Assembly: GCA_013115125.1 (NCBI GenBank)
Contig: JABANN010000067.1
Span: 1-64,000, forward strand
DNA: 64,000 nt
Direction: 5' to 3'
From: Perkinsus olseni
Lineage: Eukaryota
Position numbers and translations under genes: made by a program. Positions within the stretch are counted from its first letter, which is position 1. Every line of letters begins with the position of its first letter. Below the pieces are notes generated by a model that worked only from the letters and a program-made list of their open reading frames with translations, did not search any database and was not told where the DNA came from. Positions 60,820 to 64,000 of this stretch are shown piece by piece.

Positions 60820-63800
60820 CCTGGCAAGAGTCTGAGCAACGGCGACTGTCAGCTAGGAGCCAAGTTGACCCCAATAAACGGTAAAGACTGGTGGGCTATC
60901 ATCATCGGGGGAATTGTCTAGGTTGAATTGTCATTGGGATGCTGAAGGTCATATTATTGTCAGTTCCGTTTGGTATTATGAACCGCTGATCCGAGATGTT
61001 CCGATTCGGAATATGGACAGGAAAGGTCACTACGACGAAGTGAAGAACTTTAACTCGCTTTGTTTCCGAGTAATAGCGCGACTCTCAGGGGGTATCCCGC
61101 AACCCTATATCGAGGATTCCCTAATCGTCTCAAATCGTGATCACTTTCATATTGAGTAACGAGGTCGGATAGGAGACAGTTCAGACATAACGTCAGGACT
61201 GAAATTTCATTTTCAGACTATCCTACCGTGTACTGATCTACAACTATATCGCACTCCGCAAAAGGATGGAGTCTTGGAGGAGTCGAAGCCGCCCGAGTCC
61301 ATTAGTTTGCTCAGGGTAGTGAAGGGTGGTGATTGGGCGCGCGAAACACGCCTTGCGGCAGGACTAGCTCCTGCTACGCTTTGACGTTCAGTGTCAATCG
61401 TTCAGCGTACGAAAGAGAATCCATTCGTTCTTATGAAGGATATAGCCTGCGCCCGGGTTGTATCATCAATACCACTCGAGAACCTCTGAGTGGGTCGAAT
61501 GTGAGATGAACAATTCTCACGCGGAATAGCGTGAACCGACTGGGACCGGGTAAAATAGGTTGACTCGTGTTTGGAGGTGATCGCTTGGTGCCTGTATTGT
61601 AGTATGGGGTATGTACGCTGAAGATGCCGTGGAAAGTGTACGATACTAGAGCGTTTCGGTTTCACGGTTCTACGGTACATTCGAGTCTTGACCATTCAGT
61701 CGGGGGGAGATACTTTCGCGGAGCGTGACTTGTGCTAAACATAAACGGCCGAGAACTTGACGGATACTAGAGTAGCCTCGCGAAACAATCGTCGACTTCA
61801 GTACATGGAGTGAATACTCCTGTGGATGCAGCACGTGGAGGAGAGCATTCGCGTGCAGGGTGCCTCTCGCTAACCCCGCTCAATTGAGTACTGCCATTCT
61901 AGTCCACGCTCGCAATTATTAGGTTGCCTCCAGTGGATTGAACTTTCTGTCCTATGCCTTTAAGTACAGTGCTGTATTCGCATATTTGGTCGAGGCTTGA
62001 TTAACCGATGTACAAACTGTTAGGAATTCGTATCAGCTGGAGGCCTTAGTTCTGGAGACAAGGCACCCCTAGTCGACTTGAAGCCTCGGTTCGACGCTGG
62101 TGCTGTGAAGGAGAGTAGTACGGGATTCGTCTTTCAGGGTGCTGTGTTGACGCGTCGTGGTTGCTGTCAGGACCGTGGGGAGATGGGCACGACCCAGAAA
62201 CGGGGGATGATATACTTAGCTTTGAAGTAAGCGAAATGTGATTCAATGAGCCAATCTGGATGCCCCGCAGTCCAGTGGGCGAAAGATTTCCGTGTTTTGG
62301 CCTGATATCAGATGGATCTCCCTCGTGGTTATAAGATACCCTGTATGTTGTTCAGTTCCTGGGATCGGTGGAGATGCTCACCAGAGGGAAGAGGAAGGAA
62401 GACTGGTCTTTCCGATTTGGCTATTCAGATGGAGTGTAAGGATGCTGATACTGCAGGGCTTGTTGGAAGATACTCTTACTTCTCAGGTGTATCGATTGGA
62501 ACTCCTTAGAGTTCGAAGTACCTGATGCTCTTCTGGTCACGGAAGAACAGGATGAGGAGATGGGCCTCTGGGCGCTACCGGAGGTACGTTTTATGAGCTT
62601 TCACTCGCCAGTGGCGAGTCACCACAGAATCAACTCTTCCCTCTCGCTTATACGAACGGGAAATTATTCATGATTAGTTCACAATTCGATGATATATCGT
62701 CCTGGGGCCCTCAGCGCTGCATTCGGAATGATGCTGGTTGTCTTGTAGCCGGTCTGATTCGATACTTGTGAGACAAGGAGTTATGGTGTACTAGCGACAT
62801 ACTGGCTCAGAGAAGCGTTGATCAGACTTTGGCGGGAACACTGATGATTTACAGGTGCTCTGCCCACCATGGATGAAGGGAAGATTCGCCTATTACACCT
62901 CCGAGCTGTTGTCATATGACAGCGGACATGCGAGTCCGAATGAGCAAGGGTCTACGAGAAGCACTGGGCCTGGCTCGAGTGGTCAGCAAACACCAGCGGG
63001 CGGAGGAGGCAGGAATAAGATGCTCTTCGCTAGAAGGAAGAGACGTAGGCTCGAAAGCGGGTTAAACGTATTCTGTCTGGATAATTACCGTGCATGTCGA
63101 ATATCGATTCGACTTCGATGCGGGGAAGTTAAGAGATCGATCGTCGTGATACCATCCGCTCGGCCGGTGGTAAATATTTTCATATCCCCGCGGCTCATTG
63201 GCGCCCTTTTGTTCCATTTTGCGTACTCCGCATGTCTGTCTGAAAGCCCGCATCGTTGTGGTGTCCCTGCACCTCTCGGCAGGATCGTTAATTGTTCAGT
63301 ACCCTCGTCGTACCGCCCAATGCCTGGATCGTTACTGCTACCTAAAGGGATGGTTACACCTAATAGGAAGGCTACTCTGTCCACGCTCGCGGCAAGTCCA
63401 GTGACGCCGGGGAGTGTCACGTCCACGACGGTGAGATGAGAGGAGTTTTACTTGTGCGTCATTGTTTATTGCAGCCACCGTTCGTCGCCCAGAGTAAAGC
63501 GGTTCCAAAGGCTACACCTGTCGAAGAGGGTTCCACTCCTCGAAGGAATGGCAAGCCTCCGCCTGTTGCTCCTGCTCCTTCTGTTACCGGGCCGTCTACT
63601 CCGAGCAGGACAGAGGCTAGCATGGCTGCTTTGAAGGAGAAGCTAGCGGGCTTCCAGGTAGAATGCTGTGATGGTGTCATCGTGTCTACTGTTGAATTCA
63701 GGCGAAGGCTAAAGCAGCAGCAGCGGCATCAACTCATCCTGCACAAGTACAGGCTCGCCCTAAGCAGCACGGCATAGAGAACCAGAAGAACGAGGGTTTA

Positions 63801-64000
63801 CGACCGCTCAACACAAGCCCGTGGGCACCTCCGCATCCCCCCAGCAAGGCTGCTGCATCCACCGGGGCCTTCCGAACTCCCACGGAGTGGCAGCAGCGAC
63901 CGACACCGAAGACGCCGCCACGAGAAGTTCAGGCTTCGGGAAGTAATTCGAAACGTCCAGTGAGCCCTACACGACACCATCGTGCGGGCCGGACGGACTT
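60820..64000 (+). CDS. Hypothetical multi-exon protein, partial (runs off the window), Pro/Ser-rich C-terminal part
   Basis: Spliced segments IIVSSVWYYEP.., YIEDSLIVSNRDHFHIE, VLCPPWMKGRFAYY.., low-complexity exons; weak BAH-domain-like appearance, unverified. Confidence 0.4.

Overview
Eukaryotic, intron-rich DNA with many short introns. Gene content and style suggest an alveolate protist, possibly Perkinsus-like (inference, not verified). The first ~29 kb holds eight minus-strand paralogues encoding two tandem MATH/TRAF-type domains: seven in a head-to-tail array spaced ~2.2-3.1 kb, and one displaced to ~28 kb. Their exons and introns are strongly diverged, except for one ~100-120 bp block in the central exon that is almost identical at nucleotide level in all eight copies, synonymous sites included. 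Copy 7 is interrupted by a 1.73 kb LTR-retrotransposon derivative: 5' LTR, PBS, gag cut inside its zinc knuckle, then an inverted partial copy of the same LTR, flanked by a 5-bp TSD. A related 197-bp solo LTR sits inside a perfect 24-bp-arm palindrome at ~21.8-22.1 kb. The rest is mostly ordinary: RING-H2 exon, Kelch/LicD protein, AIFM2/FSP1-like oxidoreductase, TCP11-domain protein, HSL-family esterase, secreted CAP protein, CFAP52, proteasome alpha-1 type subunit, intronless PGM2-type phosphomutase, short-form RPA1 and several hypothetical genes. Boundaries of spliced genes are approximate and were read by eye.
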